A stretch of 64,000 nucleotides of DNA from Candidatus Woesearchaeota archaeon (GCA_046705145.1 JBJKQO010000049.1:591-64590); one strand, 5' to 3'; counted from the first letter of the stretch, positions 43,301-48,035 are shown. Numbers and translations: made by a program. Notes: generated by a model not told the origin, from the letters alone.

Positions 43301-45089
43301 CAACAAAGATGCTTTGTCCAGTAAAATTGTCCATCCTCTGCACAACATAGTGCCATCTGTTATCAGCATAGTTTTTTCCAGTCGTGCAAATTGTCTGGTC
43401 ATTCCATACGCGCTGGCATATGTTTCCTGAATTGTTAAGATAGATCAGCCTGTCAAACCCTATGTAGTCTAATGTGAATATACTGCAATTAGTGCAGTTA
43501 GTGTTTATCCACATGCCTATCGTGAAGTTTGTAACCATCCTGCTGAAATTAAGATTTTTAGAGTTGTTGACAGTTATCCTGTCATTCCCATCAAAATAGA
43601 ACGCCCCTCCGTACTTTCCGTTTGAAACCCATGAAGGATCAGATCCAGGAGATGAGTTTCCAAGAGTGCCATTGTTCTGCTTAAGGCTTATGTCTTTTAG
43701 GCAGCCTTTCTGGCCTCTTGTCGTGCATTCTGACAGGGAAGACACATTGTCAAAATTAAGCCTGCAGACAAGAGAAATGTTATATATCGTGTAATTTGTG
43801 CCGTTCCAGTTGAACCTGAACTGTGAAAGGCTTGAAGCATTGACAGACACATTGATAATTGCATAGTTATTGTAAGTGATTGCCTTATGGGAAAGTGTAG
43901 GTTGCCTGAAAGATATCTGGTACACCTGTGTCGAAAGGTGAGGAACGACCCACATTATCCTTTCTATAAGCCCGTCATCATCCTTATCCACCACAGTAAA
44001 ACTTACAGGAACAAGAGTGTTGTTCTCAATGTGATAAAGCATTATATCCACTGCAGGAACACCAGGCACGTCTGAATAAGCTTGTATGCTTGTGTAATGG
44101 ACGCCCGAAGATATCGTCACTTTCTTACCCCCAGGCACATCTTCCTCGTATGACTCAGGCCCTTGAGTGTAATACTCGATCTCAAGCTCTCTAAACCCAT
44201 CTTCGACTATTATCTGCTTAATGCTCTCACCAGCGCTTTTTCCCTCCTCCTTTTTTTGGACGATCTCCCTTGTGTTCACTGCCCTTTCTGATCCGTCGAT
44301 CATCGTGATAGAATAGTTTATGGCTCCAGCAAGGCTTATCTGCGTGCCATTGACCAATGTCTGTGACCTAACTGTCTTTTTCCAGGCAACAGGCTGGTTT
44401 ATCACTGCAATGCCCTGCTCATCATATTCAGAAAGTGAAGTTATGTTTACCTGTCTGGAAACATCTGAATCATTTATGCCTGTACTGTTCTCCCCTATGT
44501 CAGTTACGTTTTCAGCCACTCCCTCAATATCTGAAGAACTGACATTACTCTCTTCTGGCTGATCTAGGCCGGAATCTTCATTTTTTCCCACGATGATCCT
44601 AATGTCTCCTGAGACGCTTTTGTTTGAATGAAAAGCATATACTGTAAGCATATATTCGCCTGATATGTTTGATGAGAACAAAAGATCATTGCGCTTGACT
44701 TCTACAACAGAGTTTTCAGGCTGCGTGCTGATGAACGTACACCCTTCTTTTGAAACAAGGCTGTCAAGGTCTATCTCAATCTCATGTTCGGTCTCAAAAG
44801 TATCCTTTTCAGGTTGCCAAAGAAGATCTTGTATAAGATCAGGAGGGTTTTTTGTCTCGCTGTCGTTATCTTCATTTATACTAAGGCTGATATTGCTAAA
44901 GTTGCTATTGCCATAACCTATGCCGATCCTGCCAGCCTCATATAGGTTTTCAGGAATGCTTTTGTTCCAATCTTTTACAGTCATGTTGTCTTCGATGACT
45001 GCCAAGACTCCTTTGGCTATGAAAAACGATACCACAAGCAGGACTATCAAGCTAGCCCTGACATCCAACCTACCCCTTTTTTGTTTCAT
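22329..45089 (-). CDS. giant (7586 aa) type-I membrane surface protein with repeated LamG-like, beta-helix (NosD/CASH-like), beta-sandwich and glycine-rich modules and a cytoplasmic Nudix-like tail
   Basis: Single uninterrupted ORF. The N-terminus is a signal/anchor MKQKRGRLDVRASLIVLLVVSFFIAKGVLA. At least five LamG-type modules are present, with the motifs FDGxDDxI...WIN and IDEVRxWNRSLSxxEIYEQYASNL. Two parallel beta-helix modules end in C(D/N)DPY...DYLPLA. Three roughly 330-aa paralogous modules are present (VYPQ...CDWE...TPFYTNKS...). A stretch of about 150 aa is rich in Gly. NxS/T sequons are extremely frequent throughout. The C-terminal region has a TM helix FLGFWYVWIILLMIVMALILFY (about 23034..23099), then a Pro/Lys-rich linker and a Nudix-like domain. 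The stop is TAG. Confidence 0.8.
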   Translation of the reverse strand: MKQKRGRLDVRASLIVLLVVSFFIAKGVLAVIEDNMTVKDWNKSIPENLYEAGRIGIGYGNSNFSNISLSINEDNDSETKNPPDLIQDLLWQPEKDTFETEHEIEIDLDSLVSKEGCTFISTQPENSVVEVKRNDLLFSSNISGEYMLTVYAFHSNKSVSGDIRIIVGKNEDSGLDQPEESNVSSSDIEGVAENVTDIGENSTGINDSDVSRQVNITSLSEYDEQGIAVINQPVAWKKTVRSQTLVNGTQISLAGAINYSITMIDGSERAVNTREIVQKKEEGKSAGESIKQIIVEDGFRELEIEYYTQGPESYEEDVPGGKKVTISSGVHYTSIQAYSDVPGVPAVDIMLYHIENNTLVPVSFTVVDKDDDGLIERIMWVVPHLSTQVYQISFRQPTLSHKAITYNNYAIINVSVNASSLSQFRFNWNGTNYTIYNISLVCRLNFDNVSSLSECTTRGQKGCLKDISLKQNNGTLGNSSPGSDPSWVSNGKYGGAFYFDGNDRITVNNSKNLNFSRMVTNFTIGMWINTNCTNCSIFTLDYIGFDRLIYLNNSGNICQRVWNDQTICTTGKNYADNRWHYVVQRMDNFTGQSIFVDGISVANGSRKASDFTWARTAFIGYAMDAQMKYFIGRIDEFSIWNRSLSNQEIYEMYASNLGRTGPDTWNFYINQSRNATLGLSNGLYSYSAFAADSLGGSNTTGKRFLSVGDDYSTSDLEYLSPTPSNNSVQSNRFVRINVSISEPNLKELKFNWNGTNFTIYNDSLVLMMNFDNVSELGEDGTYVVDLGREGNDGTVNGPVWKSLGKFGGAFEFDGDDDYINCGNDSSFNMGSHDFTVSAWINTTVSSGYNLIISKGSCGGGGKRYNLWGYRQETSSSALIIDDDTGCGAPEVHGSTHINDGKWHHITGVKDGNYLRIYIDGKEDSTPTDISTCGPIDDTVRNLTIGVSSCDGTSYNFNGTIDEVRVWNRSLSSEEIYEQYASNLNKVNQTHWNLYVNQSMNSTVGLSEGTYTYQVFAKDTNVNSNSTQVRQITISYCPENMEGTGTQDDPCMITDCSDLQAINESLTYFYALNNSVNCNISPFNHGEGFIPIGNGTQSFKGDLDGRNLTINGLFINRSTGDNQGLFGSISNATLRNVGLTNVSILARYRVGALVARPTNHSLIENCYAIGIINSTQASTTGYSQMGGLVGATYITNIKNSYASVDVYATGYRAGGFVGQLWRETTDAEGTSVVENCYSTGNVIGDSSTGGFVGYCYGTTINNSFSLGNVTRNTGEAATTFGGFVGYNTYTTIKNSYSIGSVFYAGAAAPTDKGFCGDDIDTAQNNFFDSSASNQDTATGATAKTTQLMKNISTFSSWSISATQIDQNDGYPYHAWKANITNYEWIIYDPAPKISFVSPTPSNATSQITRYARPNISITESNLKEIKYNWNGTNFTMYNDSLVLMLNFDDWTRLNDTSRNANHGNCTSCPVYVSDGKHGGAYNFTAGNNDHIDCGNDSSLSFGAGKSFSYSLWFRWDSNQTGWKGLIYHDSAAKSQGHMGISDTGKLSAGTGDGSTWQTHQSSYAVPIGSWVHAVVTMNRVTNTMVIYANGINVGNWSHNYVPNAATVGLRIGEGNVGGEYFDGKIDEVRIWNRSLTAAEVYQQYVSNLQKINSTHWNMWVNQSRNATTSLSDGTYSYQVFAKDTNNFQNSTEKRVLTISSDIIHPILHYLSPTPTNATTQSARYVRTNISITESNLKEIKYDWNGTNFTLYNKSLVLMLNFDNVSALGESSTHAADISLYGNNATIYGSPAWNETGVYGRTLNFDGVDDRIDIADHNSLDIGANEDFSFTFWLRFDGTYQRFVTKKIIDTADTGWGFWLGSPSYTVHPSMCNGATCPYTATIDLDDSNWHFVAITIDRDGNCVNYRDANITNITDCSSWAATDLSNSRVVRFGTDIDDSDYFFHGDVDSFALWNRSLTKAEVYQQYASNLQKINSTYWNLYVNQSKNATTGLSDGTYSYQVFAKDTSNLQNSTEKRFVTVTNGYGSSEVPAVSCAQILASGNSTGDGLYWIDPDGSGPIVKFSVYCDMTSADGPWTLVAKKTNAQVFKPQYFWSHNYTPINYSSDPTSSTIYKSWDNLSFSSIRIIDHVNGFDYSINLTNSSMRAQIRTCEKQYVNISRRINSTLYLDICRSFNEGLDGESFFLGYASQSSCSGDYCALESGGYSSFDTKATYLNSDSYHNNYGNVSVYVKGNYTGTSQSVTSAQRITFASPTPANASSQSARYVQINATIVEPDLASLKYNWNGTNFTLYNRSLLLKLDMDRLSSEESINATFSMSTSGNSYVYYDLTSVSDYVVQSGDYLEYDVFWDSSAAKIAFDYTTSDETALRGESTANDQYGLNAHPNTLLSSRALKQWYHRRIPIPATHVGKTIQYYDIVCESDTSGRYTGYLDNIRITDGNGTTRKNIYNNGSFTSAAHTAVSGSLVTLSNTSKGPFRANDSSMHAINGTVYSAQVISSGKYGGALSFDGSNDLVAISSTYNLTNGNLSASAWVNLDSASEDGAFIKIGDSSTGFGIGVGASTFDDSGNNLIMLYEGIRWIDTNVNIGTGWHHVAMVVDKDGEPSGYIDGKKVYSDTLNSDGLVPKGNVTYIGGYAARYVDSYIDEVMIWNRSLTKTEVYEIYATDIKRKNQTHWTLWANQSKNSTASLSEASYDYQIFAKDSLNNQNKSEKRYVTISLADACVNLDDTSTFGTKIRNNSLGYFVNSNITLCTRTYNKTKTVLMANSSNIIIDCDGSMISGALKPSTKGISATLPKVTIQNCVFYRTYTGVYSSAGSTTVLNNSFVQNNRGYECYSCQNSSVKENYFASSQDSNIYASDGKYNNFTNNTIRLAKAYDIYFTGKSQGNRIYDNLINSSASKPIKLPSSQNLWNRTSSAGQNIVGGQYMGGNFYANILGTGYSQKCADSDLDSICDDPYMVFNANNYDYLPLAITSGMDHVPPSVTIVSPSNNTFVNGNVSVYVSATDNTGIKNVVYRVKNSTISNVTICNESSSPYSCTWHTRDYADSSEGYDLSATAYDYAGNTASYLVHFTIDRSIPYSKDVQAVYPPGRSSVRDGQRFSLKVNVSDSEDVGAGINTTEVSLVYLNSSGNVTMVLGSGSRTTGHWSLWNTSLTTSLATSGYSYAPLYVYDNATPLNNIRSSDRFFVYLDNTAPTYANMTNTDAYDDEQVYLTLNAFDDHLLDRVILSTNFSGTWVNETAQTLSYNAYPVSFAKTATSGILSYKFFIFDEAGNSNETAVGSFSTMGPRPQFTVVQISPEENSVFSSASANLTFKYYNGEGVNCSLFIDNILNFTIQNPLNMTVLNFTRPIADGTYSWYVSCFDNITNSSSATSARGFTVDLSAPVVSILYPSETTYASLISDLSFNYAENNPYDCYYSLDGGITNTSIPQCKNLSEVSYSQGHNNLTLYVKDLFGNVGSDSVNFTLDSSYGSWNLNMTNLTEYMPSPAIFYFNITFSDAHPGMYIFSWYNMSEWVNDSAQPYLDNVPASVTKNVTVPTGTINWTWYYNDSFGHRNKTPTWSKTLTYRPVGLGLRVVYPQGNINVTQFGFFNVTLNVTCLNQDCGTVNVSLDPSSQRSVVVWELGDAADYSSGSYAAAQQVATSMGITFNTTASGNSATPPVYSHPFWTKDIIVTSAYTYNYPSGFNYSAISTAFSGGKTIIMDRTYFNQLKTDYGFTDVNYTTSFPCLYTPYILDYMCHPNGGMAISDFSGYQGCDWEGACAVTVGNGFAQLINTSPCASIKSGTVSIEAGTTPFYTNKSRNPYNISLNNGQSQLVTFYVNATGNIGSTHLFNAYANLTSDTDISNMTSFWNVTISDLVSPSWSQNLTNLTVATAPGQSAYFNITISERNPGKYVFSWYNGSVWRNDSAVSYTDGQKVKVNKTIKGRMINWTWYINDSYGNRVKTDVWSKSLYYQYGLGLQLIYPSGSITVDRMQYFNVTMNITCLYLDCGKINVTLDPAVGTAYNFTTCSATGTAGPSQTSCNTAYSGKTLSGQVTVTSGIQRWTVPQTGTYRITAAGAKGDNGDYRTAGYGAKVSGTFILQKGEIINILVGQVPSGNDEGGGGGGGTYVIKNGPDGTPDDVSDILVIAGGGGGAAGNNPYSNGNGGIAARTASTTGTAGNGGAADSGYSNERGAGGGGFTGDGSSISGTNGGKSFVNGGAGGSSYGGFGGGGSLYSDGAGGGGGYSGGNGNDQGGGYGGSSYNSGTYQINTSGANNAAGFVNIMLLSSSKSIISTVSNATPFATNKSRNPYNISLTSRQSQVVMFHVNATGDINSTYEFFAFVNMTTNMSVNNRTIRWNVTIADLTAPSWSGNKTNLTNGTGAGSRVYFNVTVTERSPSHYIFSWYNGSVWRNDSAQRYNDSRSISVVKTINSNNVTVNWTWYINDTSKNWVKTDVWSKRVFAVYALSLKRVYPLSDIDVERLSFFNVTVNVTCLYKDCGQVNVSLDPYTNYKVAVWETGDSGDYNNGAKAVGQQLGTSIGAVLNTSVSGYSSTTPKYSNGFWNNNILILSGSLNYPSGYNYSAISTAFRAGQILIVKRSYFNQLKSVYNLTELHYNSTFNCLRNPYELDYICDNSGGMAITDDSNYMGCDWEHGCAASVGNAFAQLLNTSPCSAVSVKGGLIRTIAGTTPFYTNKSANPHNLTLSSGQSGIITFFVNATGPLDHSYEFYAYSNITGHMSVGNITSHWNVTIKDMTDPAISFGETTTSAGKRPMQTYVIANITASDAYLDKVRVYLYNSTGLVNMTTHTSGAYLRYNDLKAGVYYINATANDTSGNNATLSSRMINLTEPTIRITRVYPQTNIDAPQKRWFNVTVNVTCMYEDCGNVSVSLDPYSNYKIAVWETGDSGDYNNGAKAVGQQVATSIGATLNTSASGYSYTTPVSSNGFWKNNILILSGSVNYPSGYNYSAVSGAFAAGKVLIIKRSYLNQLKTDYGLTEMHYNTSFPCLRTPYELDYICHGSGGIAITDDDSYMGCDWEHGCAVSIGNGFAQLLNSSPCSAVSSKGGLVSTTVGATPFFTNKSANPYIVSLNKSNSTIVTFFVNATGSVGGVYEFYAYATVDAGENITNQTTRWNVTITDINPPTINYGQKTTSSGNLSQSYIRVNVTADDNNFDNITIYLYNASGLKNHTSTTQKKYYVQFNDLPAGTYRINATAFDTSDNAESVTTRIITLDTSSPAISIVSPADLFNATSSSVNFTFSITDNSTNNCSVYIDQEGSVSYLPRSTNSSSRSGSTITLNVSGIAQRRNMWYIRCVDAAGNSNTTTPRRLTVDTSAPLISFDTPTENQSTGYLVYIRTTVSDSLLSVDDSWYYILNTSNRTQVLFQGKLNYTGSWDSAWDTTAHNDVMWNVTLVVYANDTLGNMANDNVSFYLDNVKPVIQLITPPKKELFYSSNFTMDMVAQDASLNYTYYNITNSSGDRVQHNSSIYATSTSRHAWQDIVGVSVLPDGIYNITVFAEDTAKNNRTESARFYVDANAPKMTLNDPEAGAYLSSSSVVFNWTAKDNVSAWMGCNISVGAATRTLTCGNSSPCNVTFSSFQSQTYNFTVYCRDNASNVALISSNITVDLVLPKIGYAALTSTAGNISQDYIYVLLNLSESNNRNTTIKLYDSSGSLAGSAFTTQRSVSSFASNFTSLADGLYTVNASINDSAGHFNKTLSRAIYLDTTNPVARLYANDSLIEYKAEGIYVNWTANDSNLRSRMVNITSEFGPSVFSSQLVSGSVVLSPANFSNVGNYTISVYAEDNAGNSNSTYFAFTVNDTLYPTLTMTGSVSGNISGDFIFVNVSTSDHNLRSANVYLYFGSSLINQSITAFSPNTINFTSLADGLYHYNASACDEYKCNRSQVRYVLLDDTIPKIEFGEKTSNFEARSQDYIFVNASGTETNTDLIRISIFNSSNELVNTTTSSSFPLTINFTSLKDDTYYINASVNDTSKNYNRTSIRTLILDAVYPRWESNATNMSASTVVGDYVYFNLTIIEKNPDLYIFSFYNGSSWENDTAQTYQNGTVISASKRITASTISYMWFFNDTTGNRNQTPPYSFTVDDSSPSAAITINDSDAEYGYDSVMVNWSASDANLGAVTFNITYPGGAVLFSASSALGSINLSPENISVKGRYNISLLALDLAGNFRSSSSAITVNDTIYPAINFSSHTTGEGNRTQYWISINVTASDHNLTNITIFMYNSTGTYARESSVSSPYFVNYSSLPLGRYYINATACDGSGNCNSTETRSVLVLTSSPSVSLNLPRQGYYNDTSVPPTITFNCSAADPDTLTNISLFITDRRNLSLKLNQTTNISNVSNSSSWQISLYKGNYTWNCLSNDIYYHAGWGENRTIMINYTAASTGRITGCEEVTQKGSYSLEGNITTSEDGTCITVSADDVDIDCDGKYIIASGSLPDIGIKVQKSDSGIRNITIRNCSIYNFNENGVYMSSANSSRLVNVTVNGSNTGVQSYGGRMNSYHGLRITSERTSLQLGSESRSNVTGSNFTGGLVSGLFVRDSSYIFADKLSIRDFGGGGYYEYEASGIHASRSKDIKITDSNLTSCFVGFWVEYSNSTNLTRARSDNNLIGAYYIDSKRSAVASSSLCSDVYGFASVTSGDIILRNSTVKDSAEVGIYIDDYQGSSGTVKVYDNLLNNSYNVYLDAISRFNTSYSSGINIMGQSYIGGNYWTNPTATGYSDTCKDANGDRICNDPYLVGRFGGTDYYDHLPLAVRDMTSPTLEFYSPRNNSYVNGNVTLRTVPSDDSGGISHVLFEYKNSSVGFTQICNTTSSPYDCSWDVSSLSDGAGYTIRATAFDASLNNASRIMNYTIDKSMPYARDLRVIYPENQTSARNSQPVMITLEAKDSQDSGAGLNHTLIELAHLNNTQGNTTMWLVLGSKVTGSWSQWNISVVIDNETGIKNVTLHVLDNATPSNNVRSSETAYVRIDNILPYYSGIKNKTPVFNNENFSVVLNMFDNYKLKGYIFSTNMSGSWSNDSFVNLSSSRASIRAVKNATSGNHSFRFYIYDDAGNVNVTRDYDFRIYPDQSYVTDTDGDGVYDNEDNLNWNLENVSGEGASGLNIRVDGSSDLSSYDGRRQVVFYNSTDTIMNFTHNFSASKLDLANITINLSANYLIVNMSGQLSTNKSLYIKDNNFVALCVKDAPIIRISNMTSSCTGPNETDFSSCLGNSSIVHKNGLVCEDLGTRIKVSNLRHSAMRGTPATPASAPVTTIASSPSGGAGSIPIRCGDGICLGMYGETCSSCPEDCGECEIVKGGGNISEEKPEEGTSVEETQKDRSNDEIPLPEEKEGGLGEYGKSFLGFWYVWIILLMIVMALILFYRKTKEEKKPPKDQDTALPKVKEEKPEGDIPPKYRYVPPTPTPPAKKEMSQKKAEIDYDEIKMRQSREKRIAKELSKPTDDDANGPAPFSIYSGQIHEGHSIPEITYVLLFNSKGELALQKTLSSEEDGPAITAFREKVRPGESPKETALRKIKKSIGISPMLFFFSKDIYSSKDGPDKVLIAYKAIITERQEAGVRFPADVSFYSLKDIMVMVDEGQNFNPELKLILEKLIRSR
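29300..34300 (-). repeat. intragenic tandem-like repeats (three roughly 1.1-kb paralogous modules plus a glycine-rich spacer) inside the giant gene
   Basis: The DNA blocks 29941..30105, 31081..31245 and 33721..33885 align at about 75-80% identity (for example ...aagaagctgggcaaa...cttacagcgca...). They correspond to the repeated protein modules. Confidence 0.6.
38150..43850 (-). repeat. five dispersed repeats of the module boundary encoding SPTPxN...NLKExKxNWNGTNFTxYNxSLVLxxNFD, followed by LamG-like domains
   Basis: Similar DNA segments occur near 38200, 39800, 40780, 42800 and 43750 (for example gtgaaatttgtaccattccaatcatactttatttccttaaggtttgattc...). Confidence 0.55.
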
Positions 45090-45277
45090 TTCAAGTAATG
45101 CAGTTTTGCCATCCCTACCTGCCGCACCCGTATCTTATCTGCCCCTTTTAGCTCTGCCAGTGCGACAGCTGCGGTGTTTCTTGATATCTTGAGTTCTTTA
45201 GCTATCTCAACTATCGTAAGCCCGTCAGTTTTCTTTTTCAATAGTTCTATTATCAGATCTATTTTTTTCTTACTCAT
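45086..45277 (-). CDS. small winged-helix HTH transcriptional regulator, translationally coupled to the giant gene
   Basis: 63 aa containing LTIVEIAKELKISRNTAAVALAELKGADKI (HTH). Its TGA overlaps the ATG of the giant gene (ATGA). Confidence 0.6.
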   Translation of the reverse strand: MSKKKIDLIIELLKKKTDGLTIVEIAKELKISRNTAAVALAELKGADKIRVRQVGMAKLHYLK

Positions 45278-45280
45278 TGT

Positions 45281-45355
45281 GCATTATTGCTCAACATTAT
45301 TGATAATTATTATTGTTTATAAATAACGTTGATTATCATTAGTGAGCATTATTGC
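45281..45355 (-). promoter_or_regulatory. promoter region of the regulator/giant-protein operon: TATA box flanked by direct repeats GCATTATTGC
   Basis: tttataaata is at 45316..45325, about 43 nt upstream of the ATG at 45277. A 10-nt direct repeat gcattattgc occurs at 45281..45290 and 45346..45355, with additional ATTATTG iterations between. Confidence 0.4.
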
Positions 45356-45443
45356 ACGATGTATTTATAAAGCTTTTGATTTGTTGCTTTTTCCTTTCTC
45401 GAAGGCTTGATTGCAAGTTTTATGCTTTGCATAAGTTTGCCAT

Positions 45444-45544
45444 CAGCCTTTTAATAAAGGCTGGCGAAAACATAACGGGCGTGAAGCCCGTTGTCGCGGC
45501 TTTCCAATTAAGCAGATAGCCGCGATGCATGACTTTATGTCATG
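45444..45544. other. cluster of four consecutive perfect hairpins (candidate structured RNA or regulatory element)
   Basis: cagcctt-ttaataa-aaggctg; aacgggc-gtgaa-gcccgtt; tcgcggct-N16-agccgcga; gcatgac-tttat-gtcatgc. The element is GC-enriched relative to its surroundings and sits between two divergent promoters. Confidence 0.25.
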
Positions 45545-45747
45545 CTTCTTTTGATCCAGCTTTTTGTAAAAGGTGGGTTCGCTTGTGCTTATCCTCGATG
45601 TATGGCTGACTTCCCCATATGGGGCACCCCCCTTAGTCAGCCTTAATATGTCATTTAAGAAGCTCACAAAACTGATGGCAAACCTTAACTTGCAATCAAG
45701 CCATCCCAAAGCAAATTATATAAACCCGCTTCTCTTTTTTAGGTGGT

Positions 45748-46170
45748 ATGGTCAAGGTAAAAGATCTGATGAACCCTGATGTCAGGACGATCTCTCCAAA
45801 AAAGACTGCGTTTGACGCTGCAAAAGTGATGGCTGAGTCAGACACAGGGCTTCTTGTCGTTATAGAAGGACAGGGCATAATAAAGAACCCTGTAGGGGTG
45901 ATATCTGATACTGATATCCTGAAGAAGGTCATCGTAAGGAAGCTCAGCCCTGAAAAGGTGCTTGTGGAAGACATAATGACAAAAAAGCTGGTCTTCGTCT
46001 CAGATGAGGACTCAGCCACAGACGCAGCAAACAAGATGAAAGCATTCCATTACAAGAGGCTTCCAGTGCTGCACGATAACCGGCTCGTAGGGATAATATC
46101 GAACAAGGAGCTGATAAACATATTCATCAACTACAAGAAAGAGCTTCTTGACCTTGCCATCAACTTCTAG
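45748..46170 (+). CDS. CBS-domain pair protein
   Basis: Two CBS motifs: VKDLMNPDVRTISPKKTAFDAAKVMAESDTGLLVV and VEDIMTKKLVFVSDEDSATDAANKMKAFHYKRLPVL. Confidence 0.75.
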   Translation: MVKVKDLMNPDVRTISPKKTAFDAAKVMAESDTGLLVVIEGQGIIKNPVGVISDTDILKKVIVRKLSPEKVLVEDIMTKKLVFVSDEDSATDAANKMKAFHYKRLPVLHDNRLVGIISNKELINIFINYKKELLDLAINF

Positions 46171-46253
46171 GCTTAAAATCGAGCATGATACTATCTCTTT
46201 TAGGTTGGGGACAGGCGAGTAATAATGATTAGCCATTTGTTATAGCATGTTTT

Positions 46254-48035
46254 CTATTTCACAGTACATGACTTTGCAATGTTTCTCGGCTTGTCCACAT
46301 CATTGCCAAGCTCTACTGTAAGAAAATACGCAAGCAGCTGCAAGGGCATAATGTTCATGATCGCGCTGGTCTCTTTCGTGTCAGGGACCTTTATAAGATG
46401 ATCGAATAGCTCATTGTTCTCCGGAGCGAGCCCTATGACAGTCGATCCCCTCGCCTTGACTTCATTGATCGCGTTTAGCATGTCTGATCTGACCTTGTCA
46501 TTTGACACTGCCGCGATTACAGTGACTCCTTTTTCCATGAGGGTTATGGCGTAATGTTTGAGGTCTCCTGCAGGGATTGCATGGGCGTGTTTGTATGTTC
46601 CTTCGATCAGCTTTACCATAGCTTCATTCATTATCTGCAGGTTTTGGGCCTTCCCCATGAGGAAAACATCTTTTACATGTGCCAGTTCATGTGCAAGATC
46701 CATCACCTGTTGCATGCTTTTCTTGTCTTCAAGGTAGAAGTTCATGTTTTTTATAAGCTCTTTCAGGTTTTCTATCCCTTCATCATATCTTCCGGAAAGT
46801 GTTTTTGCCAGAAGGTATCCCCATGCCAGCTGTGAAACAAATACCTTTGTGCACATTACGCATATCTCCGGCCCGGCATTAGTCATGAACCTGAAGTCTG
46901 ATATTCTTGTCATCGCAGAGCCAGCCATGTTGACATATGATGCAATCCTGGCGCCTTTTGATTTTGCGATCTCAAGCACCTCAAGCACGTCTGCTGTCTC
47001 GCCGCTCTGTGATGGCGATATGAGAAGATCATCTTCACCGAACAATCCGAAGTATTCTGTCGATTCTGCTCCAATAAGGTTTACTACCTTGATTCCTCCG
47101 TATGTCCTTAGGTAATATGCTATCTGGGCTGAAGCGATGCCTGTTGTTCCAGAGCCGATGACATAGACATTTTTTGATCTTTTTATCTGCTCTGCAAGCT
47201 CTTCGATCTTATCCCTGTCCTGGTTGATCACCTGCTGTACAACATAAGGATCCTCATTTATCTCCTTGATCATGAAGTGGTCATATCCTTCCTTGTCGAC
47301 CTTGTCGTTTTTCATATCCAGCTTTTCAACAACTGGAGAGACTTCCTTGCCATTTTCTATGTCATAAACACTTATCTTGCTTTTGTTGACATGCACCATC
47401 TGCCTGTTGTCCATCACGATGATATCCTGCACAAATGGTGCAAAAGACAGCGTGTCTGAAGACAGGTAGATATCACTATTATTTTTATCAAGTCCTACTA
47501 CCAGAGGAGAGCCGTTTCTTACGGCATATATCTCCTGCGCATTATCCTTTAGGATTATTATCGTGTTCCTTCCTTCAAGTTCTGCGAAAGCTTCTTGGAT
47601 TGCGCTCCTGAAGTCAAGGTTATTTTTGCATTTATCTTCTATCAGCCTTACTATGACTTCAGTATCTGTCTCACTTTCGAATTTGTATCCTTTTTTAGCC
47701 AGACCTTTCTTGATCTCCTTGTAGTTTTCAACTATGCCATTATGCGCCAGAACGAATGACCTGTCGCTTGAAGCATGCGGATGGGAGTTTATATCACTTA
47801 CCTTACCTGTTGTTGCCCACCTAGTGTGCCCGATTCCGATGTTGCTTTTTGGCAGATTTATTTTTTCAGCTGTCATGTCAGCTATCTTGCCTGCTTTTTT
47901 ACTGATATATATCTCACTGCCTGACTGCACCGCCACCCCCCATGAATCATACCCCCTATATTCGAGCCTTTTCAGGCCAAATAGGATTCTTTTAACAGCA
48001 TCATCCTTTCCGATATAGCCAAATATGCCGCACAT
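46254..48035 (-). CDS. glmS: Glutamine--fructose-6-phosphate aminotransferase (isomerising)
   Basis: The N-terminal MCGIFGYIG has the Ntn Cys nucleophile. Two SIS domains follow. The C-terminus ...SCTVK is typical of GlmS. Confidence 0.9.
   Translation of the reverse strand: MCGIFGYIGKDDAVKRILFGLKRLEYRGYDSWGVAVQSGSEIYISKKAGKIADMTAEKINLPKSNIGIGHTRWATTGKVSDINSHPHASSDRSFVLAHNGIVENYKEIKKGLAKKGYKFESETDTEVIVRLIEDKCKNNLDFRSAIQEAFAELEGRNTIIILKDNAQEIYAVRNGSPLVVGLDKNNSDIYLSSDTLSFAPFVQDIIVMDNRQMVHVNKSKISVYDIENGKEVSPVVEKLDMKNDKVDKEGYDHFMIKEINEDPYVVQQVINQDRDKIEELAEQIKRSKNVYVIGSGTTGIASAQIAYYLRTYGGIKVVNLIGAESTEYFGLFGEDDLLISPSQSGETADVLEVLEIAKSKGARIASYVNMAGSAMTRISDFRFMTNAGPEICVMCTKVFVSQLAWGYLLAKTLSGRYDEGIENLKELIKNMNFYLEDKKSMQQVMDLAHELAHVKDVFLMGKAQNLQIMNEAMVKLIEGTYKHAHAIPAGDLKHYAITLMEKGVTVIAAVSNDKVRSDMLNAINEVKARGSTVIGLAPENNELFDHLIKVPDTKETSAIMNIMPLQLLAYFLTVELGNDVDKPRNIAKSCTVK

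Noticed and set aside
23053-44916. Dozens of 60-110-aa ORFs on the plus strand inside the giant gene (for example 23053..23610, 37333..37725)
   Set aside because: They are antisense to a continuous 7586-aa ORF with clear domain structure. They have no start context, are low-complexity, and are typical of spurious antisense frames in long genes.
22329-45089. A diversity-generating retroelement (DGR) targeting the giant protein
   Set aside because: No reverse-transcriptase-like ORF (no YxDD-containing RT) and no template/variable repeat pair with adenine-specific mismatches was found anywhere in the window. The internal repeats are ordinary paralogous modules at 75-80% identity.
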